A DNA stretch of 64,000 nucleotides from Patescibacteria group bacterium (GTDB taxonomy: Bacteria > Patescibacteriota > Microgenomatia > JAMCYU01), in contig JAMCYU010000009.1 in the NCBI GenBank assembly GCA_023473585.1, forward strand, positions 19,487-83,486, read 5' to 3'. The position numbers and the translations under genes are program-made. The notes beneath the pieces are model-generated. The model had not been told where the DNA came from and did no database searches. It saw only the letters and a list, made by a program, of their open reading frames with translations. How positions within the stretch are numbered: position 1 is the stretch's first letter; every line of letters starts with the position of its first letter. Of this stretch, positions 1-10,392 are shown in pieces.

Positions 1-554
1 ATATATTTGGCCATATCGCCAAAACACTCATCAATAGAACCAAAGCCGGATTCAGAACCGTATAAAGAAAACCAGGGGGTCCAGACATGGGCCGGAATAA
101 TCAAAGCTTTCTCGTCAACCGATAAAATAATTTTGACCAAATCCGAAGCCGGAATACCGGTAATCGGCCGACCGTCGGCAATTAAATTGACGCCTCTTTT
201 TGTTAATTCCTGGTTAATTTTTTCGGCCGTCTCAATTGAGGGCGCTAAAACAACATTATGAATACGATGTCCCTTGCCGTTTTGCGAATAGATACTGGAA
301 ATTTCGGTAGATAAGATAAATAATGGATCAGCCGCGCGGGAATCGGAATTACTTTTTAATCTAAAAAATCCTTCCGTTACTTCTTCTAAATTGGCTTTGA
401 TTTCTCGCAACCACAAAGGGTGAGTCCAATCACCGGTGGCGACCAAACCTATCCCCTTTTGAGAGGCCCAATGGCTAATTTGCGGTAAGGTCATTTCCTG
501 CGAAACCGCGCGCGAGTACTTAGAATGCAGATGTAAATCGGCAATAAATTTCAT
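1..554 (-). CDS. Endonuclease Q family / PHP-domain protein (runs off the left edge of the window)
   Basis: Not in the ORF track. Manual translation from ATG 554 gives MKFIADLHLHSKYSRAVSQEM...KGIGLVATGDWTHP...EISSIYSQNGKGHRIHNVVLAP, a PHP HxH motif plus EndoQ-type GDxTHP. Confidence 0.85.
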   Translation of the reverse strand, partial: MKFIADLHLHSKYSRAVSQEMTLPQISHWASQKGIGLVATGDWTHPLWLREIKANLEEVTEGFFRLKSNSDSRAADPLFILSTEISSIYSQNGKGHRIHNVVLAPSIETAEKINQELTKRGVNLIADGRPITGIPASDLVKIILSVDEKALIIPAHVWTPWFSLYGSESGFGSIDECFGDMAKY

Positions 555-557
555 ATT

Positions 558-1109
558 TCAAAAGATCAACGAAGCCGAAACAAACAAAAACATCCCCAGT
601 GTATGAGAAATCCAGGCAATGATAATAAATTTCCGGATATTCATTTGCGAAACACCTAAAAGACTGACGCCCAGCTCGTCGGGTAAGGGCGAAATAATGA
701 TGATGGCCCCCAGAACCGGTAGCGTCCAACCAAAATAACGGGTATGCAGAATTTTTTTCAAATGACTGCCGGTAATCTCGTTATAAATCGGTTCAATTTC
801 AGTATCAATTTCGTCTTTCACGAAACGAAAAATAATTAAATCTCCCAAAACGGCTCCTAAACCAGCCAATAAAATAATCTCCAGGGGCAATAAAGTTTGA
901 GCTAAAGTCATTAAAATTAAAGCACCGGTGGCAATGGTGAAAGTGGAAACAAACAAAGCTCCTGCCAAAATGGCGCTAAAATAGCCATAGCTTCCTAAAC
1001 CAATAAAAAAATCATGAAACCATTTATTTTGACTGAAAAACCAAGCCAGTAAGATTCCCAAAAGAAAAAAGATAAGATTTTTATGCTTCCAATGAAATAA
1101 AAAAGTCAT
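558..1109 (-). CDS. DedA/VTT-like membrane protein
   Basis: Several hydrophobic helices, GAVLGDLIIFRF and SPLPDELG motifs. ATG 1109 lies 7 nt after a TGn-TATACT box. Confidence 0.6.
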   Translation of the reverse strand: MTFLFHWKHKNLIFFLLGILLAWFFSQNKWFHDFFIGLGSYGYFSAILAGALFVSTFTIATGALILMTLAQTLLPLEIILLAGLGAVLGDLIIFRFVKDEIDTEIEPIYNEITGSHLKKILHTRYFGWTLPVLGAIIIISPLPDELGVSLLGVSQMNIRKFIIIAWISHTLGMFLFVSASLIF

Positions 1110-1141
1110 CAACTAAAGTATAACAGAAATCTTAATTCACG

Positions 1142-2893
1142 CTAGTGGAGAACAGATTTATTTTGCCTTATATACATTTTATTAAGCTCGTCAAGCGAGG
1201 TCGCGTCTTCGGGCGTCTTATCATCCCTAAAGTCCACCAAACGCGGAAATCTAAGGGCCAGTTTGGCCGTATGAATTGGTGATTTTGTGATCTCGTCAGC
1301 TTTGATAACGGTCATCAGTTTCGGTTCAACCCAGACATCACAATCCATCCCCTTATTGACATCATATCTCGTCGGTTTAGTTTTTAGTGTTAAGTTTTTC
1401 GTGTTAAGTTTCAAAGTTTTCCATTCTTCATCAGTCAATCCGGTACCGATTTTAGCAACCGTCTTGAAGGTATCGGATTTTTGATCATAAACCCCGATTA
1501 AAAAGTCGCCAATGCCAAAAGTATTCCTCTTTCCCTGTCCAAAGTCATAACCCATCACAAGCGCGTCAATGGTATCGTCAATTTTTCCAGAGTATGATTT
1601 TTTGTATTTGATCCAATTCCAGCTTCTGGCGCCGGCCTGATAAACGCCGTCCAGTTTTTTGGCCATCACTCCTTCCAACCCCTTATCAATCGCCTCTTGA
1701 AAGAGAAATTCGATTTGTTCCGGCTTTTCCGCGATCGTCATTTCCGACAAAATTAAAGTTTCCCCTTTGCCTAAAATTTTCTCCAAAAATTTTCTTCTTT
1801 CCAAAAAACCAAGACCGATTAAGTTTTGACCGTCAACATACAGACAATCAAAACAAATCAACCTTAGGGGCACGCTTTCGGCTGTTTTTTCAATATCATA
1901 TTTCCTTTTTCTCTGCACCGTTTCCTGAAAAGGCAAGTATTCACCTGTTTTGGGGTTATAGGCAATCGCCTCGCCTTCAAAAATGGCTTCATCGACTTTA
2001 ATCTGTTTTTCTACTCCCCGGACAAGATCAGGAAACATCAAGGTCGTATTTTCCATATTTCTCGAAAAAAGGGTAATTTTTAAGTCTTGAGTGTTATGTT
2101 TTAAGTTTTTGGCGTGAACCGCCACTCTAAAGCCGTCAATCTTTCCCTCAATGGCGCATTGACCGATTTGTTTAATGATTTCCTCCCCTGAGGAAAGTCG
2201 TTCCGCCCGCGCCATCATGATTGGCGTTCCCACTTCCGGCTCGACCTTTTTTAAACCACCTAAACCGTCTTTTTTAATAACTTTGGCGATAAACCCGAGG
2301 TCGGGTCTGACGTTAAAAGCCTTTTCAATTTCTTTTCTTTTCTCTTTTGTCCCCGAAACCATCCAGGACAAAGCGTCTAAAACCGTCATGTCGGAAAAAC
2401 CTAACCGCATTTTCGCCAGAGGGATGCGAACCAAATAACGAACCGAAAGAGGATCGGCGTTTTCAATTAGAAAACCAAGCATTTTAATTTTTGCCTCCTG
2501 AGATCCTTCACCGGAAAATTTCGCAATTTTCTCTAATTTTTCAAAAACCTCACCGATCTCTAAAGCCCTAACGGCATTAATAAGACGCAGGTTTTGAGCT
2601 TTGAGCTTTGAGGCGGTAATCCCCAAATCACCCTCATTTTTATAGGTTTTCTCGACTTCGCCGGCCGAAATTCCTAAGCCGTCGGCAATCGCCCGAATCA
2701 TCATCCGATCTGCCACCCCGAATTCCAAAGGCACGAAAAGAGGCGCAACTCGACCCTGGGTTAGATAACAGATTTTGTCGATTTCCGTAGCCGGTGATTG
2801 ACCTAGGAGTTCTGCTAGAATTTCGGTCATGGTGTTACGCGAAGAAGTCTGTTCTAGTTTTTGAAAATATGAAGCCAGTTTCGCAAATTTCAT
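1142..2893 (-). CDS. lig: ATP-dependent DNA ligase
   Basis: Motif I EGKIDGFR, EGEAI, EGVMAK, WIKYK, LALRFPR, plus an N-terminal DNA-binding domain. Confidence 0.95.
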   Translation of the reverse strand: MKFAKLASYFQKLEQTSSRNTMTEILAELLGQSPATEIDKICYLTQGRVAPLFVPLEFGVADRMMIRAIADGLGISAGEVEKTYKNEGDLGITASKLKAQNLRLINAVRALEIGEVFEKLEKIAKFSGEGSQEAKIKMLGFLIENADPLSVRYLVRIPLAKMRLGFSDMTVLDALSWMVSGTKEKRKEIEKAFNVRPDLGFIAKVIKKDGLGGLKKVEPEVGTPIMMARAERLSSGEEIIKQIGQCAIEGKIDGFRVAVHAKNLKHNTQDLKITLFSRNMENTTLMFPDLVRGVEKQIKVDEAIFEGEAIAYNPKTGEYLPFQETVQRKRKYDIEKTAESVPLRLICFDCLYVDGQNLIGLGFLERRKFLEKILGKGETLILSEMTIAEKPEQIEFLFQEAIDKGLEGVMAKKLDGVYQAGARSWNWIKYKKSYSGKIDDTIDALVMGYDFGQGKRNTFGIGDFLIGVYDQKSDTFKTVAKIGTGLTDEEWKTLKLNTKNLTLKTKPTRYDVNKGMDCDVWVEPKLMTVIKADEITKSPIHTAKLALRFPRLVDFRDDKTPEDATSLDELNKMYIRQNKSVLH

Positions 2894-3072
2894 CTTAAAA
2901 TAAAGAAGTACGTCCCTAAAATAATCAGCAAAAAGATCAAACCAAAAAAAAGGCTTGTCCAGCCGGATTCTTGACGTAAAATCTTATGTAAACCTTCAAC
3001 GACTAAAGTCAAGGCAAAAAGACTCGGCAATACCAGAGCAACATAGATAAATTCCGGTTGATTAGGATTCAT
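2890..3072 (-). CDS. Small two-helix membrane protein
   Basis: 60 aa, two hydrophobic segments, stop overlaps the ligase start. Confidence 0.6.
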   Translation of the reverse strand: MNPNQPEFIYVALVLPSLFALTLVVEGLHKILRQESGWTSLFFGLIFLLIILGTYFFILR

Positions 3073-3073
3073 T

Positions 3074-4111
3074 TTAGCCCTTTAAAATATAACGGGCGGC
3101 TTTCGTTGTTCCCTCTTTCTTGATTATACCTTTCTTGAGCAAATCTTTTAAGTCCCGTAAAATCGTGTCTTCGGAAATCATCGGCAAAAGCTCGGCAAAT
3201 TGCTTGTTTTGTAAGAAACCGACTTTTTGAATATGGTCAATAATTTTCATCTGTCTTTCTGATAGGGCTATTTGTGTTCCGCCGATTTTTTCTTTAAGTT
3301 TTAAATCAATCGAAAGACTCTGGACTTTTTCTTTGATTCTGGTAAGCTCGATCGCCAAGCCTTCGGTAAAATAATCCAACCAATCCGTTAGGTCATAATT
3401 CTCTTCCGGTTTAACCGATTGCAAGGCCGCGTAGTACCGGCTCGCATCCTGATCGTAATGCTCCTCTAGTGAAAAAAACTTTTTGATATCATAGCCTTCT
3501 TTAAAAAGGACTAAAGTGGCGACCGCCCTGGCCACCCGGCCATTGCCGTCTAAAAAGGGATGAATTCTAACGAGTTCATAATGGGTCACTCCTGCCTTCA
3601 AAACCGGATGAATCTCTTTTTCCTGCCTTAACCACTCAATAAAATCATCAACTTGATAAGGAACCTCAAGGGCGGGTGGCGGACGGAAAACGACTTCCTG
3701 GGTTTGGGAATTTTTGACCACCACCTGTTTAGTTCTAAATTGACCGCACTCTCCCGCTTCAAGAATCTTCTCCGTGGTTAATTTATGCATGGTCTTAATC
3801 GTTTCCGCCGCAATTTCCCCGGTAAAGGAATCAATAAAACGCAAAACCTGGCGGTAATTGATGACTTCCTGAATATCCCGGTCGCGGCCAACAATTTCTT
3901 TGCCTTCTAAAACCTGCGCGGCTTCCGTAAAGTTCAACTCATTGCCTTCAATATGGGTTCCGTAGTGAACGGTACGCAAAATCGCTTCGTCCCGGAATTT
4001 CTTTTCCCAGGCCGGCACCAGGGGGGCGTTCATAATGACTTCCCTGGCGGCTTCGGTTATCCCAATATTTTTGAGGATTTTGTTACTAATCGAATATTTC
4101 GGCGTGTACAT
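3074..4111 (-). CDS. Fic family protein with C-terminal winged HTH
   Basis: Canonical Fic motif HPFLDGNGRVAR, THIEGN and a DeoR-like HTH tail. Start placed at MYTPKY. Confidence 0.9.
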   Translation of the reverse strand: MYTPKYSISNKILKNIGITEAAREVIMNAPLVPAWEKKFRDEAILRTVHYGTHIEGNELNFTEAAQVLEGKEIVGRDRDIQEVINYRQVLRFIDSFTGEIAAETIKTMHKLTTEKILEAGECGQFRTKQVVVKNSQTQEVVFRPPPALEVPYQVDDFIEWLRQEKEIHPVLKAGVTHYELVRIHPFLDGNGRVARAVATLVLFKEGYDIKKFFSLEEHYDQDASRYYAALQSVKPEENYDLTDWLDYFTEGLAIELTRIKEKVQSLSIDLKLKEKIGGTQIALSERQMKIIDHIQKVGFLQNKQFAELLPMISEDTILRDLKDLLKKGIIKKEGTTKAARYILKG

Positions 4112-4303
4112 CGCTTGCTTATTTTCGCATAATTCCCGCAAAAAAACAACAGGAATTGGTAAGGGATGACGTGTGACAATTTTTGACAACCCCGCCCTTA
4201 CGCCTCATACCTATTCTTGTCCTGAAAACTTCGTGCTAGTGCACGAGACAATGATTCATCTAAAGACAACGCGGGGTGAAAAAATTCGTCACCGTCAGCC
4301 CAG

Positions 4304-5104
4304 TCATCGTGCCATTAGTTCTTTCATTGTCTGGGGAATTTGCTCGGCTAAATCCGAAGCGTTATAGTAAAAACCAACCCTGGCTGCCAATTCTTCTCCG
4401 GCCTTCTTATTGATTAAAGAGGCGCCGCAGGCCGCCAAAAACAAATCATTTTTACAGGCTAAGGCCGCGGCTAAACCGGCCAAAACATCACCCGTACCGC
4501 CCTTTGTCATCCCCTGGTTACCGCCTTCGCAAATTTTACATTCTTTCGGAGAACAGATTAAATCCCGCTGACCCTTAAAAAGAATCGTACAGCCATATTT
4601 TTGCGCCATGGCTTTAATATTTTCTTCTTTCGCTTCCATTTTGAAAAGAGTGGCAAATTCTTTTTGGTGAGGTGTCAATAAACAATTTTTATTAAGCCAA
4701 CTCGCTTCCATTTCCGTCAGGCTACCGGCATCAACCACCCATTTCTTTTGCGGATATTTCGTCAATAACTTTCCGGTTATTTCTTTTGTCCCGGGCTCGC
4801 GCATTAAACCAGGCCCGATCAGGATAGCGTCGGACTCCTCAATGTAGCTTTCGACTTCTTCTCTGGGCAGAGTGATAAAATCAAAAATCTCGGCCCTAAG
4901 CGTTTTCGTTAGCTCATTATTTTCAGGAATGGAAGCGTAAAAAACCATATCCACGATTCTTGAGGCCACTTTTAAAGCCCACAAAGAGGCGCCGTGAAAA
5001 AGTTTAGAACCGCCGATAATGGTTAACTTCCCGTTTTCGCCTTTGTGCGATTCTTTACCTGCTAGATAAAGTTTTTTTAAATCCTCAATCGTCACTTTTT
5101 CCAT
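4304..5104 (-). CDS. nnrD: ADP/ATP-dependent NAD(P)H-hydrate dehydratase
   Basis: SHKGENG...IIGGS, IGPGL, VVDAG, LTPHQKEF and GGTGDVLAG motifs. Confidence 0.9.
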   Translation of the reverse strand: MEKVTIEDLKKLYLAGKESHKGENGKLTIIGGSKLFHGASLWALKVASRIVDMVFYASIPENNELTKTLRAEIFDFITLPREEVESYIEESDAILIGPGLMREPGTKEITGKLLTKYPQKKWVVDAGSLTEMEASWLNKNCLLTPHQKEFATLFKMEAKEENIKAMAQKYGCTILFKGQRDLICSPKECKICEGGNQGMTKGGTGDVLAGLAAALACKNDLFLAACGASLINKKAGEELAARVGFYYNASDLAEQIPQTMKELMAR

Positions 5105-5107
5105 AAA

Positions 5108-6181
5108 TCAACCTAATTCTATCACTTTTATTTGATCCTGATAATTTTTTTCGACCAAATGTAAATCGGTCGTCGTCATAATCGTTTGCTGCCGGGGAAT
5201 AATTTCCAAAACATAATGACGGTGCTCATGGTCCAACTCGGAGAAAATATCGTCCAAAAGCAAAATTGGCCTTTCGCCGGTTTTGACCGTCATGTATTCC
5301 AGCTCGGCCAATTTAAGCCATAAAATCGCCATGCGCTGTTCTCCCCGAGAACCAAAAAGCGAAAGATCTCTACTTCCCAGCAAGAATTTAAAATCGTCAC
5401 GGTGGGGTCCAACCAAAGTCGCCGCGGCGGCCACTTCCTCTTGAGCATATTGTTCTAACCGCGAGTCAGAAATAACACTTTTGTCGTATTCGATCTGGAA
5501 TGGCTTGCCTTTGGCGATTTCGGCCAAAACCGAAGATCGGTTAAAAAAATTAAGAAACTCAATCCTTTTATCAGTTAAGAGCGAACCATTCCTTATCAGA
5601 AGCTGGTCCCAAAAAAGTAACTGACTTCTGGAAAGACCTTCGTCTCTAATCCTTTCTAAAAGTTTATTTCTCTGCCGCAAGCCTTTCTCGTAAGACAAAA
5701 GAGACCGCCTGTATTCCCTGTCAATTTGCGTTAAAACAAAATCTAAATATCTTCGGCGCCTTGAGGGTGAGTCGGTCACCAGCTCCATATCTTCCGGCCA
5801 AAACAAAACAACGCGCGTGAAACCGACAAAATCAATCATTCTTCTGCTGACACCGTTGACGAAATATTTTTTATGGGGTGTCGGCTGCCCAGCGACCTGA
5901 CCGGCAGTTAAAAGGATTTCCAGATCCGTTTTTCCCTCACTTTTGTCATCTTTTGATACTGTTTGATATTTTATTCTCGCCAACTCCTCTCCTTCTTTAA
6001 TCATCTCTTTTTCTGTTTCCGCCCGAAAACTTTTGCCGGTAGCCAAAAGATGAATCGCCTCTAAAATATTAGTCTTTCCGGCGGTATTCGGCCCGAGGAT
6101 TAAACTTGTTTTAGGAGAAAAAACAAAGGCTTTTTCTTTAAAACTTCTGAAGTTTTTAAGGCTTAATTTATCTAAATACAT
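5108..6181 (-). CDS. recF: DNA replication/repair protein RecF
   Basis: NFRSF, Walker A GPNTAGKTN, GPHRDD, SRGEQR and LLLDDIFSELD. Confidence 0.95.
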   Translation of the reverse strand: MYLDKLSLKNFRSFKEKAFVFSPKTSLILGPNTAGKTNILEAIHLLATGKSFRAETEKEMIKEGEELARIKYQTVSKDDKSEGKTDLEILLTAGQVAGQPTPHKKYFVNGVSRRMIDFVGFTRVVLFWPEDMELVTDSPSRRRRYLDFVLTQIDREYRRSLLSYEKGLRQRNKLLERIRDEGLSRSQLLFWDQLLIRNGSLLTDKRIEFLNFFNRSSVLAEIAKGKPFQIEYDKSVISDSRLEQYAQEEVAAAATLVGPHRDDFKFLLGSRDLSLFGSRGEQRMAILWLKLAELEYMTVKTGERPILLLDDIFSELDHEHRHYVLEIIPRQQTIMTTTDLHLVEKNYQDQIKVIELG

Positions 6182-7500
6182 TACTTTTTCTTCTCAAGCA
6201 GAAAAAGAGTTTCCATAAAAACAGGAAGGCTTGGATAAAATTTTTCTGCGGGTTTTAGGTTAAGTTCTTTCCAAAATTTATACCACCAGTTTTTCCCAAA
6301 AACAGAAACGTGAGAAATATCCGGACCATGAAAATGTTTAATCCATTGATTCTCGGTCGTAAAGATTTTATGTAAAACAAATTTCTGAGCCACCCGATTA
6401 CATTCTAAAACCGCTACTTTTAAATCTTCGGTCGGAACATGTTCCAAAACATCGGCTGTCGTTACGACCTCAAAAGAACTGTCTTTGTAGGGTAAAGACA
6501 TAATATTCCCCATTTTTAAGTATTTTTTAACTTGCGGTCTGGCCTTGGATAAAAGATACTGACTAATTTCCAATCCTTGAGCTTCAACCCCTAATAACCT
6601 TAAAAAATAAACCATTTGCCCGGTTCCGCAACCCACATCCAAAAGCGTCTTGGGATTTAGAAGTAATTTAATCTTTATCGCCCGGTAAATATCCCTTAAT
6701 ATGCGCCGAAATTTAACAAAAGAGTCAGTTGTATAGCCTTTTCTTTCGCCGCTTTTACCTCCCTCAAAATAAGCCTGATTATAAAAAGAGGCATCAATTT
6801 GAAAAGGAGCAATAACCGTGCCGGTAAATTTTTTACCCTCAAAAACTTTTTCCAAATTTTCCAAATTATCACCCCGCAGGACAACAACGGTTAAACCTAT
6901 TTTTTGGGCTAATTTTGAAGCTATGGGATCAAAAGGAGTGTTCAAACCGGGGTTCCAAACATCACCGACTAGCGTACGAAAATACTCCCAAGAGGTTCGT
7001 TCAATCGGCGTCGCGTCCTTAAATTTAGCCGGATCCTTATCATAAACCATATCAATATTGGAAAGGTTAATTAAGGTTTTGGATTTATAATCTCTTGCCA
7101 ATAAAACCGCGTTATAATCAGTTGACCATCCCGGTTTCCAACCAGAACAAATAATGACTGGATAAGTGTCCGTGTCATATTTGACATCATATTTATCAAT
7201 AACTCGAGGGTGAGCTAGGTCTTTAAAGATAGTCCGTAGAAGATGAGCGTTAATTCTTGTCGCATGAACACCTAACCAGTCAAGATCGTCATCGGTTAAT
7301 TTTTTCCCCATCACCGCCTGGCCGGCATCGCGATAATGCCTGGCAATTCTGCCGCCGCCGCAAACGATAAAAAATCGCTTGCCAAGGCTGACGTGTTTTC
7401 TGATAAAATCATTAAATTTTTTGAGGAATTCGGTATTAATACCACCATTAGGGACGATTAAAGAACCACCCAATGAGATAATTATAAATTCTTTTTTCAT
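6181..7500 (-). CDS. pyrH: Archaeal-type UMP kinase fused to a class I SAM-dependent methyltransferase
   Basis: N-terminal ISLGGSL, VCGGG, PGWSTD, VYDKDP; C-terminal LLDVGCGTG, GLEIS, DVLEHV; one continuous frame. Confidence 0.85.
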   Translation of the reverse strand: MKKEFIIISLGGSLIVPNGGINTEFLKKFNDFIRKHVSLGKRFFIVCGGGRIARHYRDAGQAVMGKKLTDDDLDWLGVHATRINAHLLRTIFKDLAHPRVIDKYDVKYDTDTYPVIICSGWKPGWSTDYNAVLLARDYKSKTLINLSNIDMVYDKDPAKFKDATPIERTSWEYFRTLVGDVWNPGLNTPFDPIASKLAQKIGLTVVVLRGDNLENLEKVFEGKKFTGTVIAPFQIDASFYNQAYFEGGKSGERKGYTTDSFVKFRRILRDIYRAIKIKLLLNPKTLLDVGCGTGQMVYFLRLLGVEAQGLEISQYLLSKARPQVKKYLKMGNIMSLPYKDSSFEVVTTADVLEHVPTEDLKVAVLECNRVAQKFVLHKIFTTENQWIKHFHGPDISHVSVFGKNWWYKFWKELNLKPAEKFYPSLPVFMETLFLLEKKK

Positions 7501-7507
7501 TTTGGTT

Positions 7508-8371
7508 TCAAACAGTAATCGGCCTCGTCTGAAGAAGATAAATTTTTTCTTTTTGGGCCGCCCATTCAAGATCCTGGGGTTTTTGGTAAAAATTCTCAAT
7601 TAAAAGCCCAAGGCTTGCCAATTGAAAAACTTCTTCGTCATTAAGAACCGGTTTATGGCTTTTTAATTTCCGCTGAATAATTTTTAAGTCCGTTTTTTCA
7701 ACCACAAATCTATCTGGCTCAACGATTCCGTCAACAACCTGTGTTCCTAAACCCCTGGCCGCCTCAATAATAATCAATCTTTCGTCGTCTCGCAAGACGT
7801 CTTTAGTAAAGATAACTCCTCCTTTTTCTGCGTTAATCATTTCTTGAACTAAAACCGCCATCTTAATTTCATGCATGGGAATTTGGTGATATAAAGTGTA
7901 AGCAACAACTCTCTCTTCATATAAAGAAGACCAACAGGTTTTGATAAAGTCGAAAACTTTTTCCTCTTTAATGTTTAAATAGCTTTCAAATTGACCGGCA
8001 AAAGAAGCGAAAGCAAGATCTTCGGAAGTAGCCGAAGAGCGAACGGCCAATCTTTTTAATTTATTTTTAAAAATTTCTTGGTTAATTTGTTCTTTTAAAT
8101 TCTTGGGAAACTCTCCTTTTTTAATTTTCCTTTTAAGTTCACGACAAATGTTTTCAAGAATACTTCTGTCATTTTGCAGAGAAAGCCGTTCCAGAAGATA
8201 ACCTAGATTATTTTTCTCAAAAAAAAGATCAAAAGCGACGGTGGTTAAAACAAAGGCGCCGGGAACGGGCAAATCACGGCTAATTAATTGCGCTAGACGA
8301 AAAGCCTTAGCGCCCACAATCGGTTCATCTTTCTTCTTTACGGCCGGAAGAGGTAAAACTAGAGGCATCAT
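7508..8371 (-). CDS. Stand-alone PEP-synthase/PPDK N-terminal ATP-grasp domain protein
   Basis: VGAKA, AVRSSATSED, ASFAGQFESYL, MAVLVQEM, PQDLEWA and LLQTRPIT. No His domain and no TIM barrel. Confidence 0.85.
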   Translation of the reverse strand: MMPLVLPLPAVKKKDEPIVGAKAFRLAQLISRDLPVPGAFVLTTVAFDLFFEKNNLGYLLERLSLQNDRSILENICRELKRKIKKGEFPKNLKEQINQEIFKNKLKRLAVRSSATSEDLAFASFAGQFESYLNIKEEKVFDFIKTCWSSLYEERVVAYTLYHQIPMHEIKMAVLVQEMINAEKGGVIFTKDVLRDDERLIIIEAARGLGTQVVDGIVEPDRFVVEKTDLKIIQRKLKSHKPVLNDEEVFQLASLGLLIENFYQKPQDLEWAAQKEKIYLLQTRPITV

Positions 8372-9477
8372 AGTCTTTTAACTGCTAATTCTCCATTTTT
8401 TGTTTCAACCAGCACCTTATCTTTGTCCTTAAAAATTTGGTTACCTATAAAAACAACGAGATGACCAGTCTCCCGAAAAATAGTGGCCGCATGGCCGGTG
8501 CTGGCTGAACCAGGGTAAAGAATGATTTTTTTGTCCTGACTGTTGGTAGCAAGAAAGGTTAAAAGATTCATTTGTCTTTTTTTGATGACTATCGGATCTA
8601 CAAAGATAATTCTTTGCTCCTTACCGATTTTAGGCAAATCACTTTTTGTATTAAGACGAAAGACACTTCCCTCTTCTTTGAGGTGGGGCGCCTTCTCTTT
8701 AGTTAAAAGGAAAGGAATACATTCCCTGAAAAAAAGGCCCTCTCTTTCAAAAGCAAACTCCATCCGATGAGGCCCGTAAGTTTTAACAAAATGTTTGAAA
8801 TAAGAAATTACCTGGAGAATTTGTTTGTCGGAAAACACAGCTTTGTTCCATAAATTTCTGGGAATTTTTAGGCTTCTAATCATTAAATCATTATTTACCT
8901 CCAGGTCTTCTTTCTTCTCCGCCACTACTTTTTCTAGAATCTTTTCCGTTTCGAAATCGACAATATAAAAATCATGAGGAAAACTTTGAACCCCTTCATC
9001 CAAACCATAAATAGCTTCAATAATAACCTTTTGCTGGCTGTTGGAAAGAGTCAAGCAACCGCCGCCGAAGGGGGCCTTAGGATCAATCCAGGGATGAATA
9101 ATGACTCCAATTTTAGCGCCTTTCTTATTGTATCGACTTTGGCAGGCAAAATTATAGAGCTTTTCTACGCCTTTAATCATGTCTTTGGCGCTTCTTACTA
9201 CCGAGTAGGGGCCGGGAGGATTGGTAAAACCGGGAACAGAGAAAGCCCGACCGACATAAAATCCCCGCCGAGGATATTTCTTCTTTAAGTTAAAAAAAAC
9301 CGCCTCAATCTCTTTTTGAAGCGGTTCTGTTATTCCCTTCTTTTCACAAAGAAGAAAGGCTTGATTGTCAATAATCTTAACGTCAGGAATTGGCAATCTT
9401 GCTTTGGCTAATTTTTTAAATCCCTCAACTCTTTCCGTTTTAATTGAGGATTCTAATAAATCTTTGACGTATTTCAT
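8368..9477 (-). CDS. Divergent PPDK-type ATP-grasp plus swivelling phospho-His domain protein
   Basis: IIEAIYGLDEGV and HRMEFAF resemble PPDK_N motifs. C-terminal GSASTGHAATIFRETG matches GxTSHAAIxxRExG (His codon at 8491-8493). Confidence 0.65.
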   Translation of the reverse strand: MKYVKDLLESSIKTERVEGFKKLAKARLPIPDVKIIDNQAFLLCEKKGITEPLQKEIEAVFFNLKKKYPRRGFYVGRAFSVPGFTNPPGPYSVVRSAKDMIKGVEKLYNFACQSRYNKKGAKIGVIIHPWIDPKAPFGGGCLTLSNSQQKVIIEAIYGLDEGVQSFPHDFYIVDFETEKILEKVVAEKKEDLEVNNDLMIRSLKIPRNLWNKAVFSDKQILQVISYFKHFVKTYGPHRMEFAFEREGLFFRECIPFLLTKEKAPHLKEEGSVFRLNTKSDLPKIGKEQRIIFVDPIVIKKRQMNLLTFLATNSQDKKIILYPGSASTGHAATIFRETGHLVVFIGNQIFKDKDKVLVETKNGELAVKRL

Positions 9478-9586
9478 TGGGCTTTAAAAATCCCACCATA
9501 TTGGTGGACTGAAATATCTTACATAATCAATGAGTTTTTGTCAAATAGCTGTGCTGAATATCGTAAGACTTTATTTTAATCGTTCC

Positions 9587-10294
9587 TTATAAAGTCAGCC
9601 TTCTGCTCCTCTCTAACCATTCTTTTTTTATTAAAGCAGCTTGTTCGGGAACATAGTCCCAATGAGAAGCTTTTGTAATATGAGCTCCTCTGGGAACAAC
9701 CAGCTTATTATGATGACCGTCGATAATGATCGTGCTCATCCTTAAGTTTTCGGCTAAGTCCACATTATCATCTATCATCAAATGGGCTCCCAATTTTCCT
9801 ATTTTTTCTTGTTTCCAGATTTTTTCTTGAGGGGTTAAAAGTAAATGGGCCGGCATACATATAACTTCAGCTTCGGGATAACCATTATTTCTTAACCACT
9901 CAACCGTAGTTTGGTAAACGCCATCAGGCCTGCTCGTCACATAGGCAATAAGCCTACCAATCTCTGTCAGTCTCCAAAGTCCTTTAACCGATCCCTCAAC
10001 TGTTCTATGATTCTTGACAAATTCGGAATTACAGCGCAAGTCATTCATAACTTGAGAGAGTTCTTTAGCAAAAGAACACCACGCGGGAACATTTTGAACA
10101 TAACCGTGAACCGCTACTTCTTCTGGAGTTAAATTTGTCCCAAAGCGCGCGTTGAGAAGAGGGATATAGTCTCCCCACGAATCGGCTAGGGTCTCATCAA
10201 TGTCACAAACAATCCTAAAGCTGTTTTCTAACTCGTGAGAGGGAATAAGTTCTGACGTAATCGGTAAGATAAAATCTTCTTTTTTTGTCATCAT
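9587..10294 (-). CDS. HAD-superfamily 5'(3')-deoxyribonucleotidase-like phosphatase
   Basis: Motif I VCDIDETLAD, motif II YVTSR, T..WL and motif IV MIDDN. Confidence 0.75.
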   Translation of the reverse strand: MMTKKEDFILPITSELIPSHELENSFRIVCDIDETLADSWGDYIPLLNARFGTNLTPEEVAVHGYVQNVPAWCSFAKELSQVMNDLRCNSEFVKNHRTVEGSVKGLWRLTEIGRLIAYVTSRPDGVYQTTVEWLRNNGYPEAEVICMPAHLLLTPQEKIWKQEKIGKLGAHLMIDDNVDLAENLRMSTIIIDGHHNKLVVPRGAHITKASHWDYVPEQAALIKKEWLERSRRLTL

Positions 10295-10392
10295 AGAAAA
10301 GAAATTCTATTCTAGTCCGAAAACCAAAAACTAGCAAGTTTTATTGACAACATAAGAAAAACGTGATATATAAAGACTCTGGAGAAAATTTT

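Noticed and set aside
7501-7599. N-terminal extensions in the ORF track (here pyrH; also Fic, ftsB-like, DUF5667 and 17802-18293)
   Set aside because: They overlap neighbouring genes, promoters or repeats, and homology motifs begin at downstream ATGs.
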